A stretch of 64,000 nt of DNA from Eledone cirrhosa (taxonomy: Eukaryota), in contig OZ024741.1 of NCBI GenBank assembly GCA_964016885.1, forward strand, positions 54,436,001 to 54,500,000. The letters are read 5' to 3'. Both the position numbers and the translations under genes were made by a program. The notes under the pieces are model-generated. The model worked only from the letters and a program-made list of their open reading frames with translations. It did not search any database and was not told the origin of the DNA. Shown in pieces: positions 15,186-27,266 of this stretch (within the stretch, counting starts at the first letter, position 1; each line of letters begins with the position of its first letter).

Positions 15186-15486
15186 ATTTTAGGAGGGCTG
15201 AGCTTAAGGTCGAGTAATATCTTTCTTTTCAAAATGCAGCAAAAACCGTGCAATGAGATCAAAGAATATGGCATGCGTGTTCTGACTGATGTGTTGTATA
15301 GCACAAAACAATTTTTCTAAAAATCATTATAACTGTCGAAGCCACAGAATCTATACATATAATGACAAACATGTCACAAAAAATGCATGTATATATATAT
15401 ATATATATATATATAGTTAAAACTTAGACGGGAACAAAAACAGAGAGGCAGTACAAATAAGAGTTTATTAGGTTCACGCTTTTGAG

Positions 15487-15522
<36 letters not shown>

Positions 15523-16806
15523 AGTCCAAAATTAAGATAAATGAATTAAATCTAAATCGAAATCATGGGTGTCATGACATAATGACATAATGCATGCGCC
15601 ATAAATCCTGAGAATTTAAGCTCAAAGATAAATACATCTGAGCATATTATAATAACTAGGGATTGATTAACATATAAAAATACATGAATAATCACAGGAG
15701 ATAATTTAAGCTTGCGCATAGCTAGTTTAGGCAATATTTACCTTTAAGAGTGATTAACTTTCCTTGTATATATCCCATTAAAGAAATATATTTCACCAAT
15801 TAATCAGATGGTAAGTCACGGAGAGTGGATATTATTGTCAACAAGGAAATAGATAATAATCCAGCTATTCGAGCTTACAGAGCGAGATCAAATCTTCAAC
15901 TATTCGTTACCACGTGTTGCGTCCACACAAGATAGCGGTTTCGTTTCAGTTGCGGGAAAAGGTATTCGACAACTACGTATATAGTGCCAGATGGGATATC
16001 AATATTGAGGAAGAGCTTGATGTAACATTTGCCAGCTTTAAATCGAAAGAGCAACAGTCCTTCCATAACCGGCATTTCAAAAACCTAAAGCAAGAATAAA
16101 ATATTGCTTAAATTTTCAATACATGTTTGACGACAATGCATTAAAGATCTATTGCATAGGGACATTTTACCTTTGAAAAATACATCACAGGCGTGATGTA
16201 AGAAAACTACCTGAAGTTGCATACGAAAACCCGTGTCTCTCCTTCGAATAATCGAAACAAGTATATATATATATATATATATATATAGATAGATATATAT
16301 ATTGTAGGTACATGTAGTATGAGTGCTGTTCATATGTAGAATGAAACATGGTGGAAGTCTTCGTGACTGGCAGCTAAACTTGTTTCCTTTATGAGGATGT
16401 GATGGTAACGCCGTGAAAATGATTTCCCCAATCACCTTGTTATACAGTTCAAATGAACCAAACGATTAATTTAATATTGTTTTTTTCGCGTCATGAAATA
16501 ATACAAGGTGCATGTTTGATTAAAGGTATTTAAATATGTTGTGTTCCGTTGTTTTGAATTATGAGAGAAATGATTGCAGGAAATTGAAAATGTAAATTTA
16601 CAAACATTGCTTGAAATTGACATGCCTAGCCTAGAAAAACCGATGCCAGAAATAGACAGCTTGAAAAAAAGTGAGAGAGAGGTAGCCCAATCCTTTCGCT
16701 TCATATAAACTTAGCGTTCATTAATGCTGTACATTTAGCGATGACATCAATGTTAGGTCGTTGCTGACCAGGTGTTGATTTCGCTACACACATACACACG
16801 CGCGCG

Positions 16807-16884
<78 letters not shown>

Positions 16885-17099
16885 AACACAAACACACACA
16901 CACAAACACAAACACACACACACACACACACACCCCACCCACCCCTCACAAACACACACACACAAACACACACACCCACAAGCACACACACACACACACA
17001 CCTGGTCAACACTTTCGCAGAAGCTGGATGCTATCCGCCTTAAGGACCCTAAGATCGACGCCTAACCCGTCCAGCATCTGAAAGAGATGGAATGTGAAT

Positions 17100-17602
17100 A
17101 CAACCGGAAACGCTTTAAGGAGTCAACTTGTAATATATATGCTGATGTGGTTGATTTTGCAAAGCACAAGCAACGGGATTGGTGTGACGAAAATGACAAG
17201 GAGATAAGTGAGTAACTATTAGTAAAGAAAAGAGCTCTTTCGACCTTGCTCAAATGTATCTACTCTGCCACTGAACAGATAAAACACACAAACACATTTA
17301 AGGATGTGAAATCTCGTATCCAAAAACGCTCGAGAAAGCTAATGTAATACGAAGGCTGACAAAGTTCAATCTGCTTCCAACAACACTAAGCTGTTTGGGC
17401 AGAAGAGATAGAACCACACGACGGGAAGTATGCTTTAATAGTTGTCCTATGTAAGTGAAAGTGTAGAACGAATGACTGTAGCAGCTATAGAGGAATCGCG
17501 CTAATGTTGGTGGCTGGAAATTTATGTACAGTGTTATGCTTGACAATCTCATGCTACATATTGTTGACGATCTTCTTTCAGAATCCTAATGTGGTTTCGA
17601 AG
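17100..17602 (+). pseudogene. Highly decayed RTE-clade LINE fragment
   Basis: Manual translation gives KHKQRDWCDENDKEISE*LL, DCSSYRGIALMLVAG and LSES*CGF, matching RTE motifs DWFDEND, NYRGISLL and ESQCGF. Confidence 0.7.
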
Positions 17603-18099
17603 AGTATATTTTAAACGTTTGGTCACTTATTCTGTTGGCAGTTAGAATATAAGTGAATTTTCTGTCAACATTTCTTCTTATATATATGTTCTTTATAAAG
17701 GTGAGTGGTGAAGGTGGACGTGGGTTTCAACATGTCGGGCTTCAATTGAATTCATTAGAAAATTCACTGGGTCAAGATTATTGTTAGGGTTTGCAGATAA
17801 AAACAGTAGTAAGGAAAGTATACAAATAGAAATATAGGTATGAATATGATTGAAAGGAGCCTTTGGGGATGGGGGTTCAAGGAATGGGTTTCTGAAGGAT
17901 TGAAAAAAAAAGGAAAAAGAGTTAAAAAAGAAGAAGCAAAAGAGAGAAAGAATTGAAAATGGGTTTGGTAGAGGATTCCTTGTTACTCAGAAACAACAAG
18001 AACGACACAAACGCCAACTAGTCACTCGCTAAAACACGCATTGACTTTCAATCAACATATGGCACTAACTAACTGTAACTGCTTTTATATTTACAAATC

Positions 18100-18200
18100 A
18101 CGCCGAGGTTAACTTTGCCTTTCATCCTTACGGGGTCGATAAAATAAAGTACCAGTAATGCACTGGTTAATTGCTGGCCTGTGCCAAAATAAGAAACAAT
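18100..18200 (+). mobile_element. 5'-truncated SINE of the same family as 10567-10965
   Basis: CGCCGAGGTTAACTTTGCCTTTCATCCTTACGGGGTCGATAAAATAAAGTACCAG...GCTGGCCTGTGCCAAAATAAGAAACAA. Confidence 0.8.
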
Positions 18201-18559
18201 ATTTACGATTCAATAACACCATACAATGTATACATATGTGTGTTTATGTGTGCGCCTATGCGTGTCTGTCTGTCCCTCTGTGTGTGTGTGTATGTGTATG
18301 TGTGTGTGTGCGTGTATGTGTGTGTATTGAGAGTCATTCAAATGTTCGATGCAGTATATGTTCCGGCTTTTCATCATGAGTACAAATTGGTTGGTTCTGA
18401 ACCCGAGGTGCTGATATTTAGGGTTAACCAGATGGAGAAGGAAGGGGACACTACAATCATGGAAATGACCAGCATAGACAGCGACTTCTACAACCACCAG
18501 AGATATGTCGGAAACGGACTAACAGGCGTAGTTGACCGACATCACTAGAACAACAGAAT

Positions 18560-20935
18560 ATAATAGGATTATATATTCACAGACGCGCATGGTTGACATT
18601 AGCACAAACATTACTGGTCCCCAAGAACAAAGACACCCACTTGGCAAAAAACTACCGACCCATTGCATGCCAGAACCTGATGTATAAGATGTATACAGCC
18701 TGCCTCAACCTATTCCTCCAAGAACACTGTGAAAATAACATAATCACAGATGAACAAGCAGCTGGAAAGAAAGGGGTTTGGGGATGTGCTGAACAACTCC
18801 TAATCAACAAAACTGCGATGTCGGAGGTGCGACAACTTAGGAGGAATATGACTACAATCTGGCTGGACTACAGGAAAGCTTTCGATTCTGTTCCCCACTC
18901 TTGGATGATAGAGGCCCTCCAACTTGCTAAAGACCCAGGCATTATTTTCAGAGCCATAGAGAGGCTGTCTCTTTCTTGGTCTACTATCCTAAGGTTAAAG
19001 ACAGAGAGGGAGGACTCTATTTTCACTGTTAAAATAAAATATTGCAGGGGTATATTTCAGAGGGACAGTCTCTCTGTGATATTATTCATCTTGTCATTAA
19101 ACCCCTTGTCCTTTCTGCTCAAGAAATGTGAGGGATACATCATTGGCTCACAGGACAGAAATACGAACCTAACGCATAATTTTTTTGTGTACGATCTGAA
19201 ACTCTATGCCAAGAACATGGATGGGATGTAGAAAAATCTTGACCTGGTTACAACGTTCTCAAAGGATATAGGAATGCAATTTGGCCAAGATAAATACTCA
19301 TACATGATGTAAAGCAGGGTAAAACAACAACCCAATCTAGCAACATTGTCATCAATGGCCAAACTGTTTCACCGTTATCTGATGAGGACTGCTACAGATA
19401 CCTGGGGATAGATGAGAACATATCCTATAATGGTGTCTGTAAAAAGGAACGCGTAACCAAGGAATAGTACACCCGATTAAGAAAGATCTGGTCATCGGAA
19501 CTCTCTGCGCAAAACAAAACAGTGGCTCACAATGTGTTTGCTGTGCCTGTCCTAACACCAACCTTTGGAATACTCAATTGGACGATAGACGAAATCCGAG
19601 CAGTTGATGTTGGAACTCTAAAAATACTGAACAACACCTGAAACTTCCACATCAACAGTGACATAGACCGCCTTTACTTGAAACGTAAGCAGGGGGGCAG
19701 AGACCTAACATCAGTCCAGACATTTGAATGTCGCATCATATCTCTCCGACAACCTCTACGAACCTCGAAGCGTAGGAGCCCGTTTCTCGAGCAAGTCTAT
19801 CTGCATGAAACAGATAAGATCATGCGAGTTGGGAAGGAACTCCTTGAGAGATATTCCCTGTGTGATAATCAAAAACTCACACCCAGAGATGTCACTCAGC
19901 TATATCACAGTGAATCCATGGATGAAAAACTGCATGCCTATCAGCAAAAAAATCATTCATGGATATGTTGCCAGCAAGTAGTCTATTTTGGACCAACAAC
20001 CGCTATATTGGCTCCCACTTTGAAGCATACGCTTTTACAATCCAGGAGCAGGCGATTAGCACGAAATACCTGATTCATAAAAGAGATAGGAATGCAGACA
20101 AAACACCTAGATGTGATAACAAGTGCAGACTCTGCAGAACTAACATCGAGGATATCACCCATGTCATCAGCAGCTGTCCAAAGATGTCATGGCGGTACTA
20201 TCTACCTATGAGGCATGATGTAGTGGCCAAAACACTGTACAATGCAGTTCGTAAAAGAGATAGCCCCGATAATAAACACATTAAAAGCTACAACAGTGTT
20301 GAAGACATCCATGTACATAATATAAAAGAGTACTGGTGGAATGTTCCAGTAAAAACCCTATAAAATGCAAGCATAACAGACAAGACATTATGATATGGGA
20401 CAGGGAGAAGAAAACATGCACAGTAGTGGTAATTAGCTTCCCAGCAGATGCCAATATAATATCAAAGATTAGTGAAAAGGAGAATATTTATGCAGAACTG
20501 ATGAGAAATCTGCAGATACTCCACCCTGATTACACCTTCAGATGTATGCCTGTGATTATTGGGGCACTGGTATATGTTATTAACTGCCTCAATACAAATC
20601 TTGAGAAGCTAGGCTTCACAGGAACAGAAAGAACACAACTAGTTAGGAAATTACAAGTACAATCCATTAATGGAACAGTAAAAATATGTAAAACATTCCA
20701 AAAATGTTGCATCTAATAACTGCATATACACATGTACAGATACAAAGCATATACACATGCACACATACAACTCAAAACATCCACATCCATACATACAATA
20801 ACATCCATATCTACACATGCATGCATACATACATATCTACCTAGTTGATGTATAAATTCCAATGAGAGAGTCTTGTGTCTATGTTAGAAACTGACTCTCT
20901 CTCTATTGGTAAAACTTTGTGAAATTATAAAACCA
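18560..20935 (+). mobile_element. Decayed non-LTR retrotransposon with RT, CCHC finger and restriction-like endonuclease (R4/Dong-type)
   Basis: NYRPIAC, WLDYRKAFDSVPH, GIFQRDSLS, FVYDLKLY (decayed DD); CRLC...HVISSC; RHD; QDIMIWDREKK...K..EKEN.Y. Several stops and frameshifts; 3' stem-loop at ~20858-20910. Confidence 0.88.
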
Positions 20936-21055
20936 GAATACATACATAAATACATACACATATGCATATATGAAATATATATATATATGTATGTCATATA
21001 TATATATATTTATATATATTTACATATATATATATATATGCATATATATATATAC

Positions 21056-21086
<31 letters not shown>

Positions 21087-21096
21087 GCGAGAGAGA

Positions 21097-21171
<75 letters not shown>

Positions 21172-21250
21172 GAAGAGAGAGAGAGATCTGTAAATTTACA
21201 CATGTGTATGCATATAAGTAGATAGTTATGTATTCGCACATGTGAGTGTA

Positions 21251-21285
<35 letters not shown>

Positions 21286-21824
21286 GTGTGTTGAACGTTT
21301 ACAAAGTCATCTAAAGTCGACAGGTATGTCGAGTTCTACGTAAACATCAGATGTGGATTCAATGGATTACTTATTTAACAATTGCTTACCACGGCTTTAA
21401 CCAAGTTGCCATTATTATCTTCATAATAATTACTAAATTTTGCCTATTAAGCAAATTTATTTATCAATTAACTATCACTGACGTCCGCTTTAAGCTCCAC
21501 ACGTCGTTGATTTGCAATTAGAAACAACATATTTAATCATCAATTTTAATGAAATGAAATTAATGTTTCAGCTGAGCATAGTTTTAAGCAGGTGGTAGGT
21601 GTGGGAATCCCTTTTACATTTCAAGAGTGTATTAAATTAATTGTAAATTAATGAAACAGGTGCGCACCACCACACCCCATTTAAAGAAAATTATATTATA
21701 CAGAAACGTGTAATTTTATTTTCTTTAGAAAATGTAATTATAAATATTAAAGTACAAATTTAAAAATTGTATTAACTTTTAATGACATATGTATACACGT
21801 ATGTTTGTGAATGTTTGTATTTAT

Positions 21825-21903
<79 letters not shown>

Positions 21904-21964
21904 TACATATATATATATAAATTAGTTTGTTTGTTGGGCTCGCACGAACCATTCCAGTTAGATC

Positions 21965-22400
21965 CCTTTATCCAAACTGTTTTGTCCGTCGTTGCCATCT
22001 TCAGTTCCTGGATACATTCCAGGCCAGTCCTTACATCAGGTTGCCAATGAATGTACCATGAAGTCTAACACACCACTCTGTCCATCATCGTTATCTTTTG
22101 TTCCTGACTAGATTCCCAAGCCGATATCTTGTTTCAAGTTGTCAATGTTTATGATATGGCGTCAAGACTTCTCTGTCTCTCAGATCAAATCCTGTTACAG
22201 TTTGTCTGTGACTATGACATGATATCCACCAGTGGTTTTTCTTGATTTTGTTATCAATATCAGAGCAGCTCGCATAAAGTAATAAATACCAGGTATTTTC
22301 GATTGCATTCCTCTTTGTGTCATTCTGTGTCCTCATCTAAGAATAAAACCTCTGATTGAAGGTTATGAACTCCGTTTTCTTCACATATCTGTGGAACACA
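21965..22400 (-). pseudogene. Decayed 3' end of an RTE-like LINE
   Basis: Minus-strand peptides IKKNHWWISCH and ELKMATTDKTVW resemble RTE C-terminal motifs. Confidence 0.4.
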
Positions 22401-22899
22401 ATTTTAGCAGCTATTTAAGCAGCTCTTCTCTTTGTTGATTTTCATTAAATATCATTGTTATGACATCAGCATGGTCACATTCTGTCCGCCGGGGATGGGG
22501 GGGCATCACGTATCATTCCACTGAATCAAGTTTTTTTTAATTTACAGCTGTATATATATATGCACACATATATATACATATGTATCTATTTAAAAATCTG
22601 TTCTAATATACCTGATACTTGTTTCAAAAGCTGTAAAACTTGCTATATTTTAGTTGACTAATCTAGTAGTTTGTGTCAACTAATTGTACTTGGCAAGGTT
22701 ATATTTGAAAATCGGTTGAAGTGACTACTGGTTGTACTCAAACCGAATCCTGTCAGTCTTTAGTGTATCCTTCGCTTTCCTTTCAATTGTTGATAGCTTA
22801 ACGCCTCGCAAACTTCATGACTATAGCAAACAGATAAGACACAATTATATCTCCTTTCAGTAATTTAGTATCTGAGAAAATTCAGGTTCACTGTCCACA

Positions 22900-22935
<36 letters not shown>

Positions 22936-22938
<3 letters not shown>

Positions 22939-23266
22939 GGAAAAATTTGAACAGGAACAAAACAGAGAGGCAGTACAACGAATGTTTATTAATTTCACGC
23001 TCTGGAGAGCCGGGTGGTGGTGGGGAACGACGTACCAAGTGTGGGAAGGTGTGTAAAGTTCGGAGAAAGGTCACGGCGGATTAGATCGGGGTTGAGCTGG
23101 TAGTTAAGTTATGTTCCAAGGAATGGAAGCCGTGTGAGCGTGTATTATATATAATGGAAAAATTTGAACAGGAACAAAACAGAGAGGCAGTACAACGAAT
23201 GTTTATTAATTTCACGCTCTGGAGAGTGGGGTGGTGGTGGGGAACGACGTACCAAGTGTGGGAAGA
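22936..23266. repeat. Direct duplication of a ~115-bp module (22936-23050, 23152-23266); related fragment at ~15430-15485
   Basis: AATGGAAAAATTTGAACAGGAACAAAACAGAGAGGCAGTACAACGAATG occurs twice. Confidence 0.9.
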
Positions 23267-23325
23267 TATATATATATATATATATATGATGTGAGAAAAA
23301 CTACAGACTTTCCATCTCAACTCTA

Positions 23326-23360
23326 CTTTTGAAAACAGAAGAACTGCGAAACCGGTAAAG
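23326..23360 (+). ncRNA. Minimal hammerhead motif, U3-A8 variant (one base short at the core/stem II junction); family of 29952-29987 and 30535-30570
   Basis: CTT-TTGAAAA-CAG-AAGAA-CTGC-GAAA-CCGG-TA-AAG. Confidence 0.55.
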
Positions 23361-23555
23361 GAACCAAATAAATATATATATTTTTGTTTAAATAAGACTC
23401 CAGTTGCATTTTCGATTTCATCTTTTTTTCTTTATACATTCACTCGTGTAGGACACCTCGGTTATTTTTCATTTTGTAAAAAAAAACTCACTTTCTAATA
23501 TATATATATATATATATGCCCAAAACTCCGAGTTGGTACCATCAATGTAGGCTCA

Positions 23556-24165
23556 ATGAAAGGAAGAGCAGGAGAAATCGTAGAAATGCTAGAGCGAAAG
23601 GAAGTTGATGTATGCTGTGTGCAAGAGACTAGATGGAGAGGAGGGTCTGCTAGAGTCCTTGTAGGAAAAAGCCAGTGCTACAAATTTTTCTGGGTGGGAA
23701 ATGACGATGGGATGGGTGGTGTAGGTATACTATTAGCTGACAAGTGGGTAGATAAAGTAATCTCAGTGTACAGGGTAAATGCAAGAATCATTAAACTCAG
23801 ACTAGTCCTGAATAAGACAATTACCACAATAATATCAGCTTACGCACCCCAATCGGGGCTGCCAGACGAACTTAAGGATAGGTTTTACGAGTCCCTAATA
23901 CACACTACTGCTCTAACAGACGACAAGGACTTCCTAATCATTGCAGGAGATTTTAACGGATACGTAGGTAAACACTGCGACGGCTTCAATAGAGTACATG
24001 GAGGCCATGGAGTTGGCACAAGGAATGAGGAAGGATTCAGACTTCTAGAATTCTGCGACGCCAATGACATGTCGATATGTAACACAAACTTTAAAAAACC
24101 CGACAACCACCTGATCACCTATAGATCAGGGGAGCACTCTAGTCAGTTAGATTTTATCCTCACAT
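23556..24165 (+). CDS. RTE LINE apurinic-like endonuclease domain
   Basis: EEP-family catalytic motifs; the frame shifts at ~24160-24165. Confidence 0.92.
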
Positions 24166-24166
24166 C

Positions 24167-26566
24167 AGAGGACGTGACAGATGGACGGTCGTAAACACAA
24201 AAGCCTTCCCTAGTGAGGAATGTACATCCCAACATAGCTTAGTTGTCAGCGACCTCACGGTCAGAACTAGACGAGCCCTGAAACAGAGGCCAACCTGGAG
24301 AAGAAAGATCTGGAAGCTGAAAGTCCCCTCAACCAGTAACAGATTTAAAGATATTTTACTCAACGCCTACGACAGTAAAGAAGAACAGATAGAGACATTT
24401 AACGTAGAAGAGAACTGGGAGTTCCTAAAAAATAACTTACTAGAGGCGACGGATGAGGTTTGTGGCTGGAGTAAGACCTCAAGCAGGAGGAGAGTGACTT
24501 GGTGGTGGAACAATAAGGTAGATGAAGCAGTCAAGGCCAAGAGACAGGCATGGAAAGAATGGAAGAACGGGGGGAGCAGGGTACATTACATAGAGACCAA
24601 GAGGGAAGCTAGGCGACAAGTATACTTAGCTAGGAGGGAAGCAGAGGATAGAAAATTCAAGCATGTTTTACAACGTGAGGACCAGAAACAGGAGGTATTC
24701 AAGATTGCGAGGCAGTGTGTCAGAGATAGTTGTGATGTCATTGGAGAGAAGTGTATCCGGAATGATAAAGGTGAGCTTGCCCTCACAAGTGCTGAGAAGA
24801 AAGATGCATGGAAGAGTCATTATGATAGATTACTAAATGAGGAGAATGCATGGGAAGAAGAGACCCTACCCCACGTAGACCCTATAGAGGGACCAGCAGT
24901 ACAAGTCAGCGGCAGCGTAGTAAGTAAGGCAATCAGAGATATGAAGATAGGGAAGGCAACCGGTCCATCGGGTATAGCTGCCGAGATGCTGAAGGCATCT
25001 GGGTCTGTAGGTCACACTATAACCACACGTATCGTTAACCAGGTAATACTAGAGGGGGCCATACCAAAAGATTGGTGCAGTAGCATCATTGTCAACTGCT
25101 ACAAAGGTAAAGGCGATGCACTAGATAGAGGAAACTATAGAGGTATAAAGTTGATGGACCAGGTCATGAAAGTAACAGAAAGAGTTATAGCACAGCTGAT
25201 TAGGGACCGGGTGAATATAGACGAGATGCAATTTGGGTTTGTTCCAGGGAAAGGCACCACTGATGCGCTCTTCCTTGTGAGGCAATTACAGGAAAAGTAC
25301 CTAGCTAAAAGTAAGCCACTCTACTTGGCATTTGTCGACCTTGAGAAAGCCTTTGACAGAGTTCCACGTGCAGTAATCTGGTGGGCTCTTAGAAAACTAG
25401 GAGTAGATGAATGGCTTGTGAAAGCGGTACAAGCCATGTATAGGGGAGCAGTCAGCAAAGTTAGGATTGGCAATGAGTATAGCGAGGAATTTAGCGTACA
25501 GGTTGGGGTCCACCAGGGCTCTGTTCTTAGCCCTCTCCTGTTCATCATAGTCCTGCAGGCAATAACGGAGGAGTTTAAGACCGGATGCCCATGGGAACTC
25601 CTGTATGCTGATGACCTCGCACTCATAGCTGAATCTATGGTAGAACTAGAGAATAAATTCCAAACCTGGAAGCAGGGACTAGAGAGAAAGGGCCTCAAAG
25701 TCAACATGACAAAGACTAAGGTCCTTATAAGTAGACGAGAAAACAGAACCCAGATCCCCTCAGGGAAATGGCCTTGCTCAGTATGTAGGAAAGGTGTAGG
25801 TAGGAACTCCATTCTTTGCCCCAAATGCAAACAATGGGTACACAAGAGATGTAGCGGGATCTCAGGAAGCTTAATTAAGAATGTAGGATTCACATGCAGC
25901 AGCTGTGCTGAAACAGCAAGCAAACAGCCACAGGAAACAAGTACCACCAATCTCTGGGAGGGCCCTGTAGAAACAGTAGACAGCTTCTGCTACCTAGGTG
26001 ACCGAATTAGCAACGGAGGTGGGTGCTCAGAAAGTACAATAACTAGGGTAAGAACGGGATGGAAGAAGTTTAGGGAACTACTACCACTGCTAGCTGCAAA
26101 AGGCTTCTCCCTCAGAATGAAAGGCAGACTGTATGATGCGTGTATCCGAACAGCGATGTTGCATGGTAGTGAGACCTGGGCGCTGAAGGTGGAAGACTTA
26201 CGTAGATTAGAGAGAAACGAAGCCTGCATGCTCCGATGGATGTGTAACAGTAATATACGTGAACGACAAAGCATAAATGAATTGAGAGAGAGACTGAGCA
26301 TAAGAGGAATCAAATGCTGCGTGCAGGAGAGGCGGTTACGCTGGTATGGACATGTGATGCGTATGAAGGATGACAGCTGCATAAAAAGGTGCAGAGCACT
26401 AGAAGTTGATGGAAACCGCGGAGTGGGGAGACCCAAGATGACTTGGGATGAGGTGATAAAAGCCGACCTTACCCAACTACACCTCTCAAAGTCAATGACA
26501 CACGACCGTGACTTCTGGCGTCACGCAGTAATACAGGGTACCCGACCTCCCATGGGTACATGCTGA
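24167..26566 (+). CDS. RTE LINE reverse transcriptase with C4HC3 PHD-type finger; the frame is open upstream of the listed start 24494
   Basis: Frame reads RGRDRWTVVNTKAFPSEECTSQH into the RT. Finger CSVC..CPKC..WVHKRC..CSSC at 25775-25906. Confidence 0.92.
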   Translation, partial: RGRDRWTVVNTKAFPSEECTSQHSLVVSDLTVRTRRALKQRPTWRRKIWKLKVPSTSNRFKDILLNAYDSKEEQIETFNVEENWEFLKNNLLEATDEVCGWSKTSSRRRVTWWWNNKVDEAVKAKRQAWKEWKNGGSRVHYIETKREARRQVYLARREAEDRKFKHVLQREDQKQEVFKIARQCVRDSCDVIGEKCIRNDKGELALTSAEKKDAWKSHYDRLLNEENAWEEETLPHVDPIEGPAVQVSGSVVSKAIRDMKIGKATGPSGIAAEMLKASGSVGHTITTRIVNQVILEGAIPKDWCSSIIVNCYKGKGDALDRGNYRGIKLMDQVMKVTERVIAQLIRDRVNIDEMQFGFVPGKGTTDALFLVRQLQEKYLAKSKPLYLAFVDLEKAFDRVPRAVIWWALRKLGVDEWLVKAVQAMYRGAVSKVRIGNEYSEEFSVQVGVHQGSVLSPLLFIIVLQAITEEFKTGCPWELLYADDLALIAESMVELENKFQTWKQGLERKGLKVNMTKTKVLISRRENRTQIPSGKWPCSVCRKGVGRNSILCPKCKQWVHKRCSGISGSLIKNVGFTCSSCAETASKQPQETSTTNLWEGPVETVDSFCYLGDRISNGGGCSESTITRVRTGWKKFRELLPLLAAKGFSLRMKGRLYDACIRTAMLHGSETWALKVEDLRRLERNEACMLRWMCNSNIRERQSINELRERLSIRGIKCCVQERRLRWYGHVMRMKDDSCIKRCRALEVDGNRGVGRPKMTWDEVIKADLTQLHLSKSMTHDRDFWRHAVIQGTRPPMGTC

Positions 26567-26863
26567 AGCATATAAACAATATGCCCCCCCCCCCCCACCG
26601 CAAGGTGGTCGTGGAGGTGCCACGGCAAAAAAGCACCCAGCCCACACTGTAAAGTGGACGTGTAGGCGCCACGAAAAAGCACCCAGCACTCACTGTAAAT
26701 GAGGTTGGTGTTAGGAAGGGCATCCAGCTGTAGAAATCAAGCCAGATCAGTTCCTGTATGAGCAAGGCATGGTCAGCCGACCAGACACTGCCCACAACAG
26801 GACAACCCGTCTAACCCATGCTAGCGTGGAAGAACGGACGTAAAACGGTGATGATGATGATGA

Positions 26864-26896
<33 letters not shown>

Positions 26897-26902
<6 letters not shown>

Positions 26903-27252
26903 TGCTGAGGATGGCTCTGAACATTAATCAGTATACACTGAGGATGAAAAACTCAGAGCTGTATGGGAGCATCCCAAAAGTCAGCTCAAAAGTGACACAG
27001 AGGAGACTGAGGTTGGCTGGACATGCTCACCGACATCCAGAGTTGACATTGCACTCAGTGCTCCTTTGGGAGCCCCTACATGGACACACTAGAAGAGGAA
27101 GACCAAGGTTAACATATGTTGATGCCCTAAGGACAGACACTGGTCTGTTGGAGATGCAGGATATGGCAGCGATAATGAGGGACAGAGACCGCTGGAGAGA
27201 ACTCGTCCATGGATCTCGGGAATTTTACCCGCCTTAGATAGATAGATAGATA
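26897..27252 (+). mobile_element. 3' fragment of a second RTE-type LINE family with a (TAGA)n tail
   Basis: RMLRMAL...RRLRLAGHAHRH...LWEP..G..RGRP...DRDRWR, followed by TAGATAGA. Confidence 0.88.
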
Positions 27253-27266
27253 TATATATATATATA

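Larger units (their letters stand above)
23518..26866 (+). mobile_element. RTE-clade LINE: APE endonuclease + RT + PHD finger, a single frameshift, (GAT)n tail, flanked by (TA)n
   Basis: EN motifs VGTINVGSM, CVQETRW, AYAPQ, AGDFNG, SQLDFIL and SQHSLV; RT motifs NYRGIKL, QFGF, FVDLEKAFD, GVHQGSVLSP, YADD and YLG; the 3' UTR ends in GATGATGAT. Confidence 0.95.

Noticed and set aside
24586-26436. Antisense ORFs over the RTE, and similar ones over the Penelope ORFs (e.g. 59420-59977, 61607-62491)
   Set aside because: They are shadow frames of the real coding strand with no independent motifs.
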